Part shown: piece by piece, positions 19,648 through 28,325 of the stretch
Position numbering within the stretch: position 1 is the first letter of the stretch
Layout of the letters: each line of letters opens with the position of its first letter
NCBI GenBank assembly: GCA_038046385.1
Contig: JBBSWH010000004.1
Span: forward strand, 9,291-73,290
Length of the DNA stretch: 64,000 nt
Source: Nanobdellota archaeon
GTDB taxonomy: Archaea > Nanobdellota > Nanobdellia > Woesearchaeales > GW2011-AR4
Direction of reading: 5' to 3'
Translations under genes and position numbers: made by a program
The notes under the pieces: generated by a model
What the model was told of the DNA's origin: nothing
The model's database searches: none
The model's input: only the letters and a program-made list of their open reading frames with translations

Positions 19648-20364
19648 TTGGCAAAACGATCAGGGGCAAAGGAAGAGCATAAAGTCTGGGGCAACGTATT
19701 TGACCCATTCACTCAGAAAACGGTCTATAAGCTCATAACACAGGGGCATTTTGAAGGCCTTCAAAGCCCAATCTCAATAGGAAAAGAAGCCAATATATTT
19801 TCTGCCTTAAGAAAAGACGGCTCAAAGATAATGACAAAAATCTACAGGCTGGAAACATGTGATTTCAACAGGATGTATGATTACATCAAAAGCGACGTTC
19901 GTTTTTCACATATCAAAAAAGGCAAGAGAAACATTGTTTTTCTCTGGGTGCAGAGAGAATACAGAAACCTTATGAAAGCAAGGAAAGCGGGGGTAAATGT
20001 CCCTATACCGATAGCTTTCTCCAATAACGTGCTTGTGCTTGAATTTATAGGGGATAATGAGATGATTGCGCCAAAGCTAAAGGATTCTGAGGTAAAAGAC
20101 AAAAAAGCATTTTTTGACAAGATTGTCTTAAACATGAAGAAACTCTACAAAGTAGGTTTAGTTCACGCTGATTTATCTGCTTTTAACATCCTAAATAACA
20201 ACCAGAACCCGGTTTTCATTGATTTTTCGCAAACTACAACAATTGAAGACCCAAGAGCAGCTGAATACCTTGAAAGGGACGTAAGAAACATAGCGACTTA
20301 CTTCAGGAAAATTGGGTTTGATGTAGATGAGCAAAAAACAAAAGAAAAAATAATGAAAACATGA
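19648..20364 (+). CDS. RIO-type serine/threonine protein kinase
   Basis: 238 aa. ISIGKEANIFSA (ATP-binding region), catalytic GLVHADLSAFNIL, metal-binding IDFSQ. Only a TTG start is available in frame. Confidence 0.85.
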   Translation: MAKRSGAKEEHKVWGNVFDPFTQKTVYKLITQGHFEGLQSPISIGKEANIFSALRKDGSKIMTKIYRLETCDFNRMYDYIKSDVRFSHIKKGKRNIVFLWVQREYRNLMKARKAGVNVPIPIAFSNNVLVLEFIGDNEMIAPKLKDSEVKDKKAFFDKIVLNMKKLYKVGLVHADLSAFNILNNNQNPVFIDFSQTTTIEDPRAAEYLERDVRNIATYFRKIGFDVDEQKTKEKIMKT

Positions 20365-20419
20365 TAAAAAACTTAATTTTATAAATAAGCTTAAAAATTA
20401 CCTGACATTCCAAACTTCA

Positions 20420-20965
20420 ATGGTCGAATATTCATATGAGCTAAAGGTCCCTAAAAACAGGGTTGCCGTAATAATAGGTAAAGAGGGATCTATAAAAAGA
20501 GAGATAGAAGAAGCGACTAAAACAAAGCTGGATATCGACTCAAAAGAAGGCGATGTTTCTTTAACTGGAGAGGATGCTCTTGGCCTTTATTCTGCAAGAG
20601 AGATAATAAAAGCAATAGGGCGCGGTTTCAATCCGGAATTGGCAAAATTATTGCTTAAGCAGGATTATGTTTTTGAAGTTGTTGACGTCGCAGAGTTTGT
20701 AGGAAGATCAAAAGATGCAATCATAAGATTAAAAGGACGTGTAATAGGAAAAGAAGGCAAGTCAAGAAGACTGATTGAAGAGCTGACAGAATGCAACATC
20801 TCTGTTTTCGGAAAGACAATAGGAATAATAGGCCTTCCGGAGTCTGCTTCAAACGCACGCCATGCAATAGAATCCTTGCTTAGCGGCTCTAATCACTCAA
20901 ATGTCTACAAGTGGCTTGAAAAAAGAAGAAAAGACATGAAAAGAAAATCGATAATGGAAATGTAG
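20420..20965 (+). CDS. KH-domain RNA-binding protein (Dim2/Pno1-like)
   Basis: 181 aa with two KH GxxG-type blocks, [13 protein letters not shown] and [13 protein letters not shown]. Follows a RIO kinase gene directly. Confidence 0.75.
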   Translation: MVEYSYELKVPKNRVAVIIGKEGSIKREIEEATKTKLDIDSKEGDVSLTGEDALGLYSAREIIKAIGRGFNPELAKLLLKQDYVFEVVDVAEFVGRSKDAIIRLKGRVIGKEGKSRRLIEELTECNISVFGKTIGIIGLPESASNARHAIESLLSGSNHSNVYKWLEKRRKDMKRKSIMEM

Positions 20966-20969
20966 TTTT

Positions 20970-22628
20970 ATGGCAAAAGAAGCAGAAAAATATATTCCGG
21001 TCGCAGATGAGCTTGCGAAAAGGCAGAAAGAAATTTCTGTAGCCGAATTCTTCACTAAAAACAGGCACCTTCTTGGATTTGACAACAAGAGAAAAGCGCT
21101 TTTGATGACTGTCAAGGAAGCTGTCGATAATTCTTTGGATGCATGCGAGGAAGCAAGAGTCTTGCCGGAAATAACAGTCGAAATCATAGAGATGTCAGAA
21201 TATAAGTACAAGGTTGTGATTGAAGACAACGGCCCAGGCATAGTCAAAAAGCAGATTCCAAACATTTTCGCAAAGCTTCTTTACGGAAGCAAGTTTCACA
21301 CTTTAAAACAGGCAAGAGGCCAGCAGGGAATTGGAATAAGCGCAGCCGTGCTTTATGCCCAGTTGACGACAGGAAGGCCTGTAAAAATCACATCAAGAAT
21401 CGGAAATAAGGAGCCTGCGCATTATTATGAGCTGAATATAGACACTCAAAACAACAAGCCAGTAATAGCAAAAGAAGAGATAGTTGAATGGCACAGAGAA
21501 CATGGAACAAGAGTGGAAATTGACCTAGAAGCAGAATACCTCAAAGGTAACCAGTCTGTTGATGAATACCTTAAGCAGACAGCAGTCATAAACCCACATA
21601 TCACAATAATTTACACTAATCCAAAATCAGAGCAGGTAATCTATGCAAGAGGCACGGACAATTTACCGGATGAAGCAAAAGAAATCAAGCCGCATCCTTA
21701 CGGAATTGAATTAGGAATGCTTCTTGATAAGCTAAGGTGGACAGAATCCAGAACGCTGCAAAGCTTCCTTACATCAGAATTCTCAAGAGTCGGCCCAGGA
21801 ACAGCAAAGGAAATCTGCGAGCATGCTGCTGTTTTGCCGAATACAAAGCCATCTGAAGTTTCAAGAGATATGGGGGAAAGGCTTATCCATGGAATCCAAA
21901 AAACAAAAATAATTGCCCCTCCGACAGACTGCCTAAGCCCTATAGGGAAAGAGCTGCTTGAAAAAGGGCTGAGAAAAGAAATAAAAGCAGAGTTTTACTG
22001 CACAACCTCAAGGCCGCCTTCTGTTTACCGCGGAAATCCGTTTATAATTGAAGTTGGTGTTGCATACGGCGGAGAGATTCCAAAAGATGAAAAAGTCAAC
22101 ATACTAAGATTTGCAAACCGTGTTCCGCTGCTTTATCAGGAAGGGGCATGTGGAATGACAGATTCCATAACAGAAACAAGCTGGAAGCCATACGGCTTAA
22201 ACCAGTCTGGTGATTCCATCCCGGTAGGCCCTGCTGTCATCCTCGTGCATATGTCATCTGTCTGGGTTCCGTTCACATCAGAGTCAAAAGAAGCAATAGC
22301 CCATTATGCTGAAATCATAAAAGAAATAAAATTAGGATTGCAGGAATGCGGAAGGCTGCTTGGATCTTACGTAAGAAAAAAATACAAAGTTTCTGAACAG
22401 ATAGAAAGGGCAAATATGTTTGAACGATACATTCCTGAAATTGCAGATTCATTATCAGTCTTATCAGGAGAGAAAAAAGAGAAGATACTCCAGGGCTTGC
22501 AGAAAATGCTTGTCAAGCCGGAAATAAAAAACGAAATAATACAGGACGACGAAGACGATAAACTGTACAGGATGGATTTTAAAAATAAGAAGGAAGAAAA
22601 TGAAGAAGCAAGAGAAGAAACCGGTTAA
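20970..22628 (+). CDS. top6B: DNA topoisomerase VI subunit B
   Basis: 552 aa GHKL ATPase with [19 protein letters not shown] and [15 protein letters not shown]. Confidence 0.92.
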   Translation: MAKEAEKYIPVADELAKRQKEISVAEFFTKNRHLLGFDNKRKALLMTVKEAVDNSLDACEEARVLPEITVEIIEMSEYKYKVVIEDNGPGIVKKQIPNIFAKLLYGSKFHTLKQARGQQGIGISAAVLYAQLTTGRPVKITSRIGNKEPAHYYELNIDTQNNKPVIAKEEIVEWHREHGTRVEIDLEAEYLKGNQSVDEYLKQTAVINPHITIIYTNPKSEQVIYARGTDNLPDEAKEIKPHPYGIELGMLLDKLRWTESRTLQSFLTSEFSRVGPGTAKEICEHAAVLPNTKPSEVSRDMGERLIHGIQKTKIIAPPTDCLSPIGKELLEKGLRKEIKAEFYCTTSRPPSVYRGNPFIIEVGVAYGGEIPKDEKVNILRFANRVPLLYQEGACGMTDSITETSWKPYGLNQSGDSIPVGPAVILVHMSSVWVPFTSESKEAIAHYAEIIKEIKLGLQECGRLLGSYVRKKYKVSEQIERANMFERYIPEIADSLSVLSGEKKEKILQGLQKMLVKPEIKNEIIQDDEDDKLYRMDFKNKKEENEEAREETG

Positions 22629-23688
22629 GCAGCTTGAAGAGCTTGGAAGCAAGCTTGTTGCAGATATTGAAAAAGGCAAAAACCCAACTATAGAATTCAG
22701 CCTAAGAAGCTTATCTAACGTTGTTTTTGACAAAGACACAAAGACTTTAGGATTAGGAGAGAAGCTGCAGCAGAGATCTTTTTTCAATGTTGGCCACGCA
22801 AAAAAGTTTTTGCAGACTCTTGAAGTTGCAAAAGTGAGCAAGAATCTGCTTGATGTTGGAAAGCACGCAAGCTTAAGAGATGTTTTCTACATGGCAAAGA
22901 GGACTATTGCAAATTCCAACATAAACATTGTTGATGATCAAAGTGAGAGCGACAAATCTTTGGAAGATTTAGAGCTTATAACTGACTTGTCAAGGGAACA
23001 ATTAAACATAAACGCCAATAAAATGGGTTCTGTTGCCGGCAACGTTACAATTGAAGATTCTGGCGACATAATAAACTGGGCAAAGCTCGGAAGCGGAGGA
23101 TGGAGCATCCCTTCAAATGTTGAAGAAATAGAATTCAAAAGCGTAAAAGCCAAGTATATCATTTACATGGAAAAACAGGCCGTCTGGGAAAGATTGCATG
23201 AGGATAAATTCTGGGAAAAGCAGAACTGCATCATCGTAACATCACAGGGCCAGACAACAAGAGGGATAAGAAGGCTCCTTCAAAGGCTGTCGCAGGAGCA
23301 CGATCTTCCGCTGTATGTGCTTGCAGACTTTGACCCGTGGGGTTTCTACATATATTCTGTTTTGAAATTCGGCTCAATCAACCTTGCGCACATGTCAGGC
23401 ACAATGACTTTGCAGAATGCAAGATTCCTTGGGATAACTGGAGATGATGCAAACAACTATGATTTAAAAAAGCATTTCATCAAGTTCAAAGACGTCGATA
23501 TGACCAGATTAAAGCAGATTTCGGAGTATGACTGGTTCAAGAAAAACAAAGAGTGGCAAAGGCAGTTTAAAATGATGAAAGACTTTGGAGCCAAGCTGGA
23601 AATCCAGGCACTGTCTTCAAAAGGGATAACATTTATATCTGATAAATACCTTCCTGAAAAGATAAGAAAAGGCGAGTTTTTAGAATAG
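22600..23688 (+). CDS. top6A: DNA topoisomerase VI subunit A (Spo11-like)
   Basis: 362 aa. [12 protein letters not shown] (catalytic Tyr region) and Toprim [10 protein letters not shown]. Overlaps top6B by 29 nt. Ends in TAG. Confidence 0.92.
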   Translation: MKKQEKKPVKQLEELGSKLVADIEKGKNPTIEFSLRSLSNVVFDKDTKTLGLGEKLQQRSFFNVGHAKKFLQTLEVAKVSKNLLDVGKHASLRDVFYMAKRTIANSNINIVDDQSESDKSLEDLELITDLSREQLNINANKMGSVAGNVTIEDSGDIINWAKLGSGGWSIPSNVEEIEFKSVKAKYIIYMEKQAVWERLHEDKFWEKQNCIIVTSQGQTTRGIRRLLQRLSQEHDLPLYVLADFDPWGFYIYSVLKFGSINLAHMSGTMTLQNARFLGITGDDANNYDLKKHFIKFKDVDMTRLKQISEYDWFKKNKEWQRQFKMMKDFGAKLEIQALSSKGITFISDKYLPEKIRKGEFLE

Positions 23689-23689
23689 A

Positions 23690-23836
23690 ATGGAAAAAGA
23701 AGAAAAGCCAAAAAATGTCCCTTCATGCTGCATCGGCTGCGTCCGATGGGAACGCCATGGCAAAAGCTGCTGGTATTACTGGGAAGGCAAGAAGCACTGC
23801 ACAGTCTGGACAGACACATTTGACCAGCTGGTTTAA
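23690..23836 (+). CDS. Small Cys/Trp-rich hypothetical protein (48 aa)
   Basis: Below the track cut-off. ATG lies 1 nt after the top6A stop. Translation is MEKEEKPKNVPSCCIGCVRWERHGKSCWYYWEGKKHCTVWTDTFDQLV. GC-richer than the surroundings. No family recognised. Confidence 0.35.
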   Translation: MEKEEKPKNVPSCCIGCVRWERHGKSCWYYWEGKKHCTVWTDTFDQLV

Positions 23837-23859
23837 GGATTTCTAGTTTTTAAATGAAT

Positions 23860-23910
23860 GGGCGAGCCGGTTATGGTGCCGGCGAGCTGTAACATATGTG
23901 CGAAGCACGG
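23860..23910 (+). repeat. Conserved two-hairpin motif, copy 1 (unassigned small structured element)
   Basis: GGCGAGCCGGTTATGGTGCCGGCGAGCTGTAACATATGTGCGAAGCACGG. Homologous to the reverse complement of 52292..52347, with a compensatory base-pair change. Confidence 0.55.
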
Positions 23911-23989
23911 AAATTAATTGATTATGTTACAATTACCTAACCTGTCTTCTTAATAAAGTTAATAAACCATATTAAGATACTCCCATACT

Positions 23990-25750
23990 ATGGAATACTC
24001 GAAGCTTGTTGAGATTTACGAAGCGTTAAACAAGACTACAAAACGTCTGGAAAAGGTGCATATAATATCGGAATTTCTTAAAGACATTAATGTTAATGAA
24101 ATGGAACAAACAGTTCTTCTTCTTGAAGGGAGAGTATTCCCGATTTACGACCAGCGAGAAATAGGCGTTGCATCCAGATCAATGCTGAAGGCCATGAATC
24201 TTGCAACAGGAATAAGTGTTGAACAGATAGAAGCAGAGTGGAAAACCCTTGGCGATCTTGGAATTGTTGCAGAAAAAATTGTAAAAGGCAAAAAACAATA
24301 CACCCTCCATTCTGAAAAACTTTCTGTAAAAAAGGTTTTTGAAAATATTAGAAAGCTTGCTGAGCTTGAAGGGCATGGAACTGTTGACAGAAAAACACAG
24401 CTGATAGCTGAGCTTTTGACATCGGCAACGCCAATAGAGGCAAAATACATTGTAAAAACCGTTCTTAGCGAAATGAGAATTGGCGTTGGTGAAGGTTCTA
24501 TGCGTGATGCAATCACATGGGCATTTTTCGGCAAGGATACCGGAGTCAAATACACAAGGGAAGGAAATGATATAGAAGTTGAAAACCGTGAAGTTTACAA
24601 CAAATATCTTGACGCTGTGCAGCACGCTTATGACATGACAAATGAATTCTATGAAGTTGCAAAAGCCGCTAAATTAAACGGATTGAATGGCCTTGCATCA
24701 ATGAAGATGAAAACAGGCATCCCGATAAAAGTAATGCTTTCATTGAAAACAGACACAATTGAAGAAGGATTTGAAACGGTTGGAAAGCCTGCTGCTTTGG
24801 AATTCAAGTACGATGGATTCAGGATACAGGCGCATAAAGATGGAGATAAAATAACTTTGTTTACAAGACGGCTTGAGAATGTCACAAACCAATTTCCTGA
24901 TATTGTTAAGTTTGTCATGGATAATGTTGACGGAAAATCTTTCATAATTGATTCTGAAGCAGTCGGCTACAATAAAAAAACAGGAAAGTACATGCCGTTC
25001 CAGAACATTTCCCAGAGGATAAAAAGAAAATATGATATTGACAGGATGGCAAATGATTTTCCTGTAGAGCTTAATGTTTTTGACATAATCTCTTATGGCG
25101 GGCAGAGCATGATAAGCGAGCCCTTTGAAAAAAGAAGAAAGCTGCTTGAAAAAATAGTAAAGCAGGAGCCGAAAAAAATAATGCTCTCAAAGATTTTAAT
25201 AACAGAAAGCGAAAAAGACGTTGAAGCATTCTTCAAACAGGCAGTTAATGCAGGAAATGAAGGATTGATGTTCAAATCATTAAGCGCGCCTTACAAGCCA
25301 GGCGCAAGAGTCGGCCATATGATAAAGTTCAAGAGTGTTATGGAAACACTTGACCTTGCCATAACAGGGGCTGACTGGGGAGAAGGCAAAAGATCAAACT
25401 GGCTTTCCAGCTATGCTATTTCGTGCATCAATGAAGATGGCAATTTTGTAGAAATTGGAAGGGTTAGCACAGGATTGAAGGAAAAGGAAGAAGAAGGCCT
25501 AAGTTTTCTTGAGATGACCCGTATTTTGCAGCCGTTGATAATAAAAGAAGAAGGAAAAACAGTTTCAGTAAAGCCAAAGATTGTGATTGAAATCGCATAT
25601 GAGGAGATACAGAAAAGCCCTTCTTACACATCAGGATACGCTTTAAGATTCCCTCGCATAATTTGCCTCAGAGTCGAGAAAGGTCCAGAGGATGTGTCCA
25701 CACTAGACTATGTAGAAAAACTTTACGAGTCCCAAAAGAAGCGTTCTTGA
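23990..25750 (+). CDS. lig: ATP-dependent DNA ligase
   Basis: 586 aa with adenylation motif EFKYDGFRIQAH, then DSEAVGY, EGLMFK and an OB-fold C-terminus. Confidence 0.93.
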   Translation: MEYSKLVEIYEALNKTTKRLEKVHIISEFLKDINVNEMEQTVLLLEGRVFPIYDQREIGVASRSMLKAMNLATGISVEQIEAEWKTLGDLGIVAEKIVKGKKQYTLHSEKLSVKKVFENIRKLAELEGHGTVDRKTQLIAELLTSATPIEAKYIVKTVLSEMRIGVGEGSMRDAITWAFFGKDTGVKYTREGNDIEVENREVYNKYLDAVQHAYDMTNEFYEVAKAAKLNGLNGLASMKMKTGIPIKVMLSLKTDTIEEGFETVGKPAALEFKYDGFRIQAHKDGDKITLFTRRLENVTNQFPDIVKFVMDNVDGKSFIIDSEAVGYNKKTGKYMPFQNISQRIKRKYDIDRMANDFPVELNVFDIISYGGQSMISEPFEKRRKLLEKIVKQEPKKIMLSKILITESEKDVEAFFKQAVNAGNEGLMFKSLSAPYKPGARVGHMIKFKSVMETLDLAITGADWGEGKRSNWLSSYAISCINEDGNFVEIGRVSTGLKEKEEEGLSFLEMTRILQPLIIKEEGKTVSVKPKIVIEIAYEEIQKSPSYTSGYALRFPRIICLRVEKGPEDVSTLDYVEKLYESQKKRS

Positions 25751-25762
25751 ACATTTTATTAA

Positions 25763-25982
25763 CCACTGGACAAAAAAGCACTGGACATCTCTGCCTAAGA
25801 TATATAAATCACTTCTGCCTCTAAAATTAAAAAAGAGGACACACAAAACTGCTAAATAATGATTTTCGGCTTTACCATAAATCAATTATGCAGTTTCGCT
25901 TAACATTCTCTTTTTAAATGAGATTTCCTGTATTAAACACAAGGAAATCTCACGTTAGATGAGCTTTCAAGAGGTAAGTAAA
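25763..25982 (+). repeat. Conserved promoter + structured 5' leader element, copy A
   Basis: CCACTGGACA then CACTGGACATCTCTGCCTAAGATATATAAA (TATA-like box about 25800..25808). P1 strands AAAAAGAGGACACACAAAACTGC (25830..25852) and GCAGTTTCGCTTAACATTCTCTTTTT (25890..25915). P3 hairpin GAGATTTCCT/AGGAAATCTC (25920..25951). GAGGT lies 7 nt before ATG 25983. Confidence 0.8.
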
Positions 25983-27065
25983 ATGGTGATAAGGTTAACT
26001 GACGAACAAAAAGAACAAATCAAAAACAAGTTTCAGGAGTATTTAAGTACAAATAAAACTACAAAAAATATTGCAAATGAATTAGGAGTAGAAAAATCTA
26101 CCGTTGCAAAATTTTATTCTAAATTGTTTGGAGAACAATATAAAAGAATGGCAAAATCAAAGTGTTACCAACATAATACCATATTAAGTGATAATCAAGT
26201 ATTAAAATTGTTTGAAAGGTACAAGAATGGAACTCCCGTAAAAGAATTAGAAAAAATTTCAGGGGTTGGATATGGTTCTTTATGCCCAAGAATGTTAAGG
26301 TTGATTGGAGAAGAATATCAAAAAGTATCTCTAAAAAGAAAGTATGAGAAAGCAGGAAATTTCTATAGAAAAGTGATAGATTTTGATGTAAGAATTGCGT
26401 TTGAAAAGTATAAATCAACTTCAGTATCAACGACCGCATTGGCTGATGAGTTAGGTTTAGCAGAAAGTACACTTATTTTCAGGTTTAAAAAATTGTTTGG
26501 TAACGACTAGGATATTCTTGCATTAAAAAGGAGAAATGAAAGAAAGGTTTCAAAAGAAGATTACATAAAATCTTTTGAAGAATACAAAAATTCCAATATC
26601 TCGTTAACTGACTTAGCAAATAAGCTAAATGTAAGAATTACTTCGCTTCGCACAAGATTTTTGAGGCTATTCGGAGAAGAATATATAGAAATAGCAAAAC
26701 AAAAATCTGATGGGTCTGCGCTAAACCGAAAAGGGGTTAACGCTGAAAATATAGCTTTGGAATATTTGAAAACAAAAGGCCATGTTATAAGTGATGTAAG
26801 ACATAAGGCAATTCTCAAAGGAACCTTAAAAAGGCCTGATTTTGTGATTGATAACACTTTTGTGGAAGTTAAGAATAACTACATAAATCTTAATAAGAAA
26901 AGAGTAAAGGGCTATTTGCAAATTATAGGAGATTACCTAGGGAAAGAAACAAAAGAAGGGAAAATATTGACAAAAGGCATTATAATTTCTTTAGGTGGCT
27001 TTTCTCAAGAAGTCAGGAAGAAAGCAGAAGAAGATGGAATAACTTTGATTGATTTGAAAAAATAG
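25983..27065 (+). pseudogene. 4x HTH-repeat + C-terminal PD-(D/E)xK nuclease protein interrupted by a single in-frame TAG (26508..26510). Either a pseudogene or a read-through gene.
   Basis: Track ORFs 25959..26510 and 26661..27065 share one frame, and 26511..26660 is open. Four repeats end KLFGEQY / RLIGEEY / KLFGND* / RLFGEEY. The fourth repeat begins before the TTG 'start' at 26661. The C-terminus has RPDFVIDNTFVEVK (PD...ExK). Confidence 0.7.
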
Positions 27066-27110
27066 AATTCTCACCAAACCTTTAAATAGCCCTATTTATT
27101 CCTCATTCTT

Positions 27111-27536
27111 ATGATAGTCGGCTTCGCTTTTACAAAAATAACAGCAGAAAAGAATGAGTCTGCAAAGGGAAAGATAGACATAAACAATAATGTATCCATA
27201 AAAGATGTTGTGGAAGACAATCTATCTCTTGGAAAGGAAAAGCAGACTGCCTTGAAATTCACTTTTGAATTTGTTTCAAAATATGAGCCTAACCTGGGAA
27301 AAATAGGAATTGAAGGGAATCTTCTTTACATGACCGATGCAAAGAAATCAAAAGAGATTCTTGCATCATGGAAAAAAGACAAAAAAGTCTCGCAGGATAT
27401 AATGGCAGGCCTTTTGAACCATGTTCTTACAAAATGCAACATACAGGCATTGATATTAAGCCAGGACATTAACCTGCCTCCGCCAATTCCTTTGCCAAAA
27501 GTGCACATGCAGCAGAAGCAGGAAAGTAAGAATTAA
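27111..27536 (+). CDS. Hypothetical protein (weak SecB-like pattern only)
   Basis: 141 aa. No firm motif. The C-terminal LNHVLTKCNIQALILSQDINLPPPIPLPKV is loosely reminiscent of SecB-type chaperones. Assignment is not supported beyond that. Confidence 0.4.
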   Translation: MIVGFAFTKITAEKNESAKGKIDINNNVSIKDVVEDNLSLGKEKQTALKFTFEFVSKYEPNLGKIGIEGNLLYMTDAKKSKEILASWKKDKKVSQDIMAGLLNHVLTKCNIQALILSQDINLPPPIPLPKVHMQQKQESKN

Positions 27537-27579
27537 ATAAAATTCTAATATTAATTTATCATTATTGGATTTTTGGGAA

Positions 27580-28173
27580 TTATTTTTTATTCTGCAATGA
27601 TTCTTTATCTGCTCTTCCGGAATATAAGCTTTCGAGCCTTCCGCTTAAAGTTGATTGCAGATATTTATAAATTTTGTACGGATCATCAATGTATTTTAAT
27701 TCGTCGTACATTGTTCTTGTCTGAATTTGGCTTGGAGTGTACCCTCCGCCTTGTGTGCGCATGCCGCCGGTTGAATACGTCTGTGTTTTGCCGACGTCGA
27801 TTTTTACAGTTCCGACAGAAAACATTTTACCAATAATTCCAACATCAACCAACAGGTTTTTTATTTCATTGAAATAAATAGACTTAAAGTCAGTTCCAAT
27901 CAATCCTGATTTTATTAAAATTCTTTTTTGGGTTACGGCATATTCTTTTATCCTGTTTGAAAAAAACTGAAACAATGATAAAATTATGCCTAAAGCAATG
28001 ACCGCAGCCCCGTACATCTTAGGAAAAGATGTGGCAGCAATCAAATAAGTCCCAATCGATAAGATTATCAGCAATGAAAATATCAAACCAAAATTAAGAA
28101 CTTTTCTGTTTATAATGCCGCGCCAAACTATCTTTTCGCTGGGTTCCAGAACTGCATTAATATCTGCATCCAT
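27580..28173 (-). CDS. Membrane protein with bacterial PH (bPH_2/YdbS-like) domain
   Basis: 197 aa. Two TM helices followed by YAVTQKRILIKSGLIGTDFKSIYFNEIKNL, typical of the DUF304/bPH_2 family. Confidence 0.6.
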   Translation of the reverse strand: MDADINAVLEPSEKIVWRGIINRKVLNFGLIFSLLIILSIGTYLIAATSFPKMYGAAVIALGIILSLFQFFSNRIKEYAVTQKRILIKSGLIGTDFKSIYFNEIKNLLVDVGIIGKMFSVGTVKIDVGKTQTYSTGGMRTQGGGYTPSQIQTRTMYDELKYIDDPYKIYKYLQSTLSGRLESLYSGRADKESLQNKK

Positions 28174-28257
28174 TTAAACGATAATAAAATAACGCATATA
28201 TATATATATCGATTTAAAAATAAATAAAAAAGAAGGAAAAAATAAATTTACGTCCCT

Positions 28258-28325
28258 GCCAATGCCAACCTTTTGCGAAAAGCTTGGCCAAAAGCGTGGG
28301 TTTCGCTACGCTCAAGCCCACTAAC
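28258..28325. repeat. GC-rich 68-bp structured insert flanked by 9-bp direct repeats (MITE-like) at the 3' end of ahcY
   Basis: TACGTCCCT occurs at 28249..28257 and at 28326..28334; the latter overlaps the last ahcY codons and abuts its stop codon. The insert folds (minus strand) into GTGGG...CCCAC and GCCAAGCTTTTCGCAAAAGGTTGGC hairpins. Confidence 0.45.

Noticed and set aside
23889-23932. 9-bp inverted repeat TGTAACATA/TATGTTACA downstream of motif copy 1, considered as part of the conserved motif
   Set aside because: The distal arm is not present in copy 2 (52.3 kb), so it is probably local sequence. It might form a terminator-like hairpin before lig, but it is not part of the shared element.
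25763-25982. The repeated leader as a group I/II intron, an archaeal BHB intron or a CRISPR-like array
   Set aside because: No conserved sequence follows the ORFs, so there is no 3' intron half. The flanks are not split exons of any recognisable gene. The conserved part (about 150 nt) is too small for a group I or II core. The three copies are about 10 kb apart, each with a unique ORF, so this is not a repeat-spacer array. This is a tentative rejection, since a ribozyme function of the leader itself is not excluded.
26508-26510. TAG as a genome-wide sense codon (pyrrolysine or recoding)
   Set aside because: TAG terminates glyA (7998..8000), top6A (23686..23688), the Lrp-family gene (30143..30145) and ahcY (28325..28327) at their expected conserved C-termini. 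No pyl genes are visible. The TAG in the nuclease gene is therefore a local event: a nonsense mutation or a site-specific read-through.
28196-28211. (TA)n microsatellite
   Set aside because: It is a short simple repeat in an AT-rich spacer. It may contribute to a TATA-like promoter, but there is no evidence for anything more.
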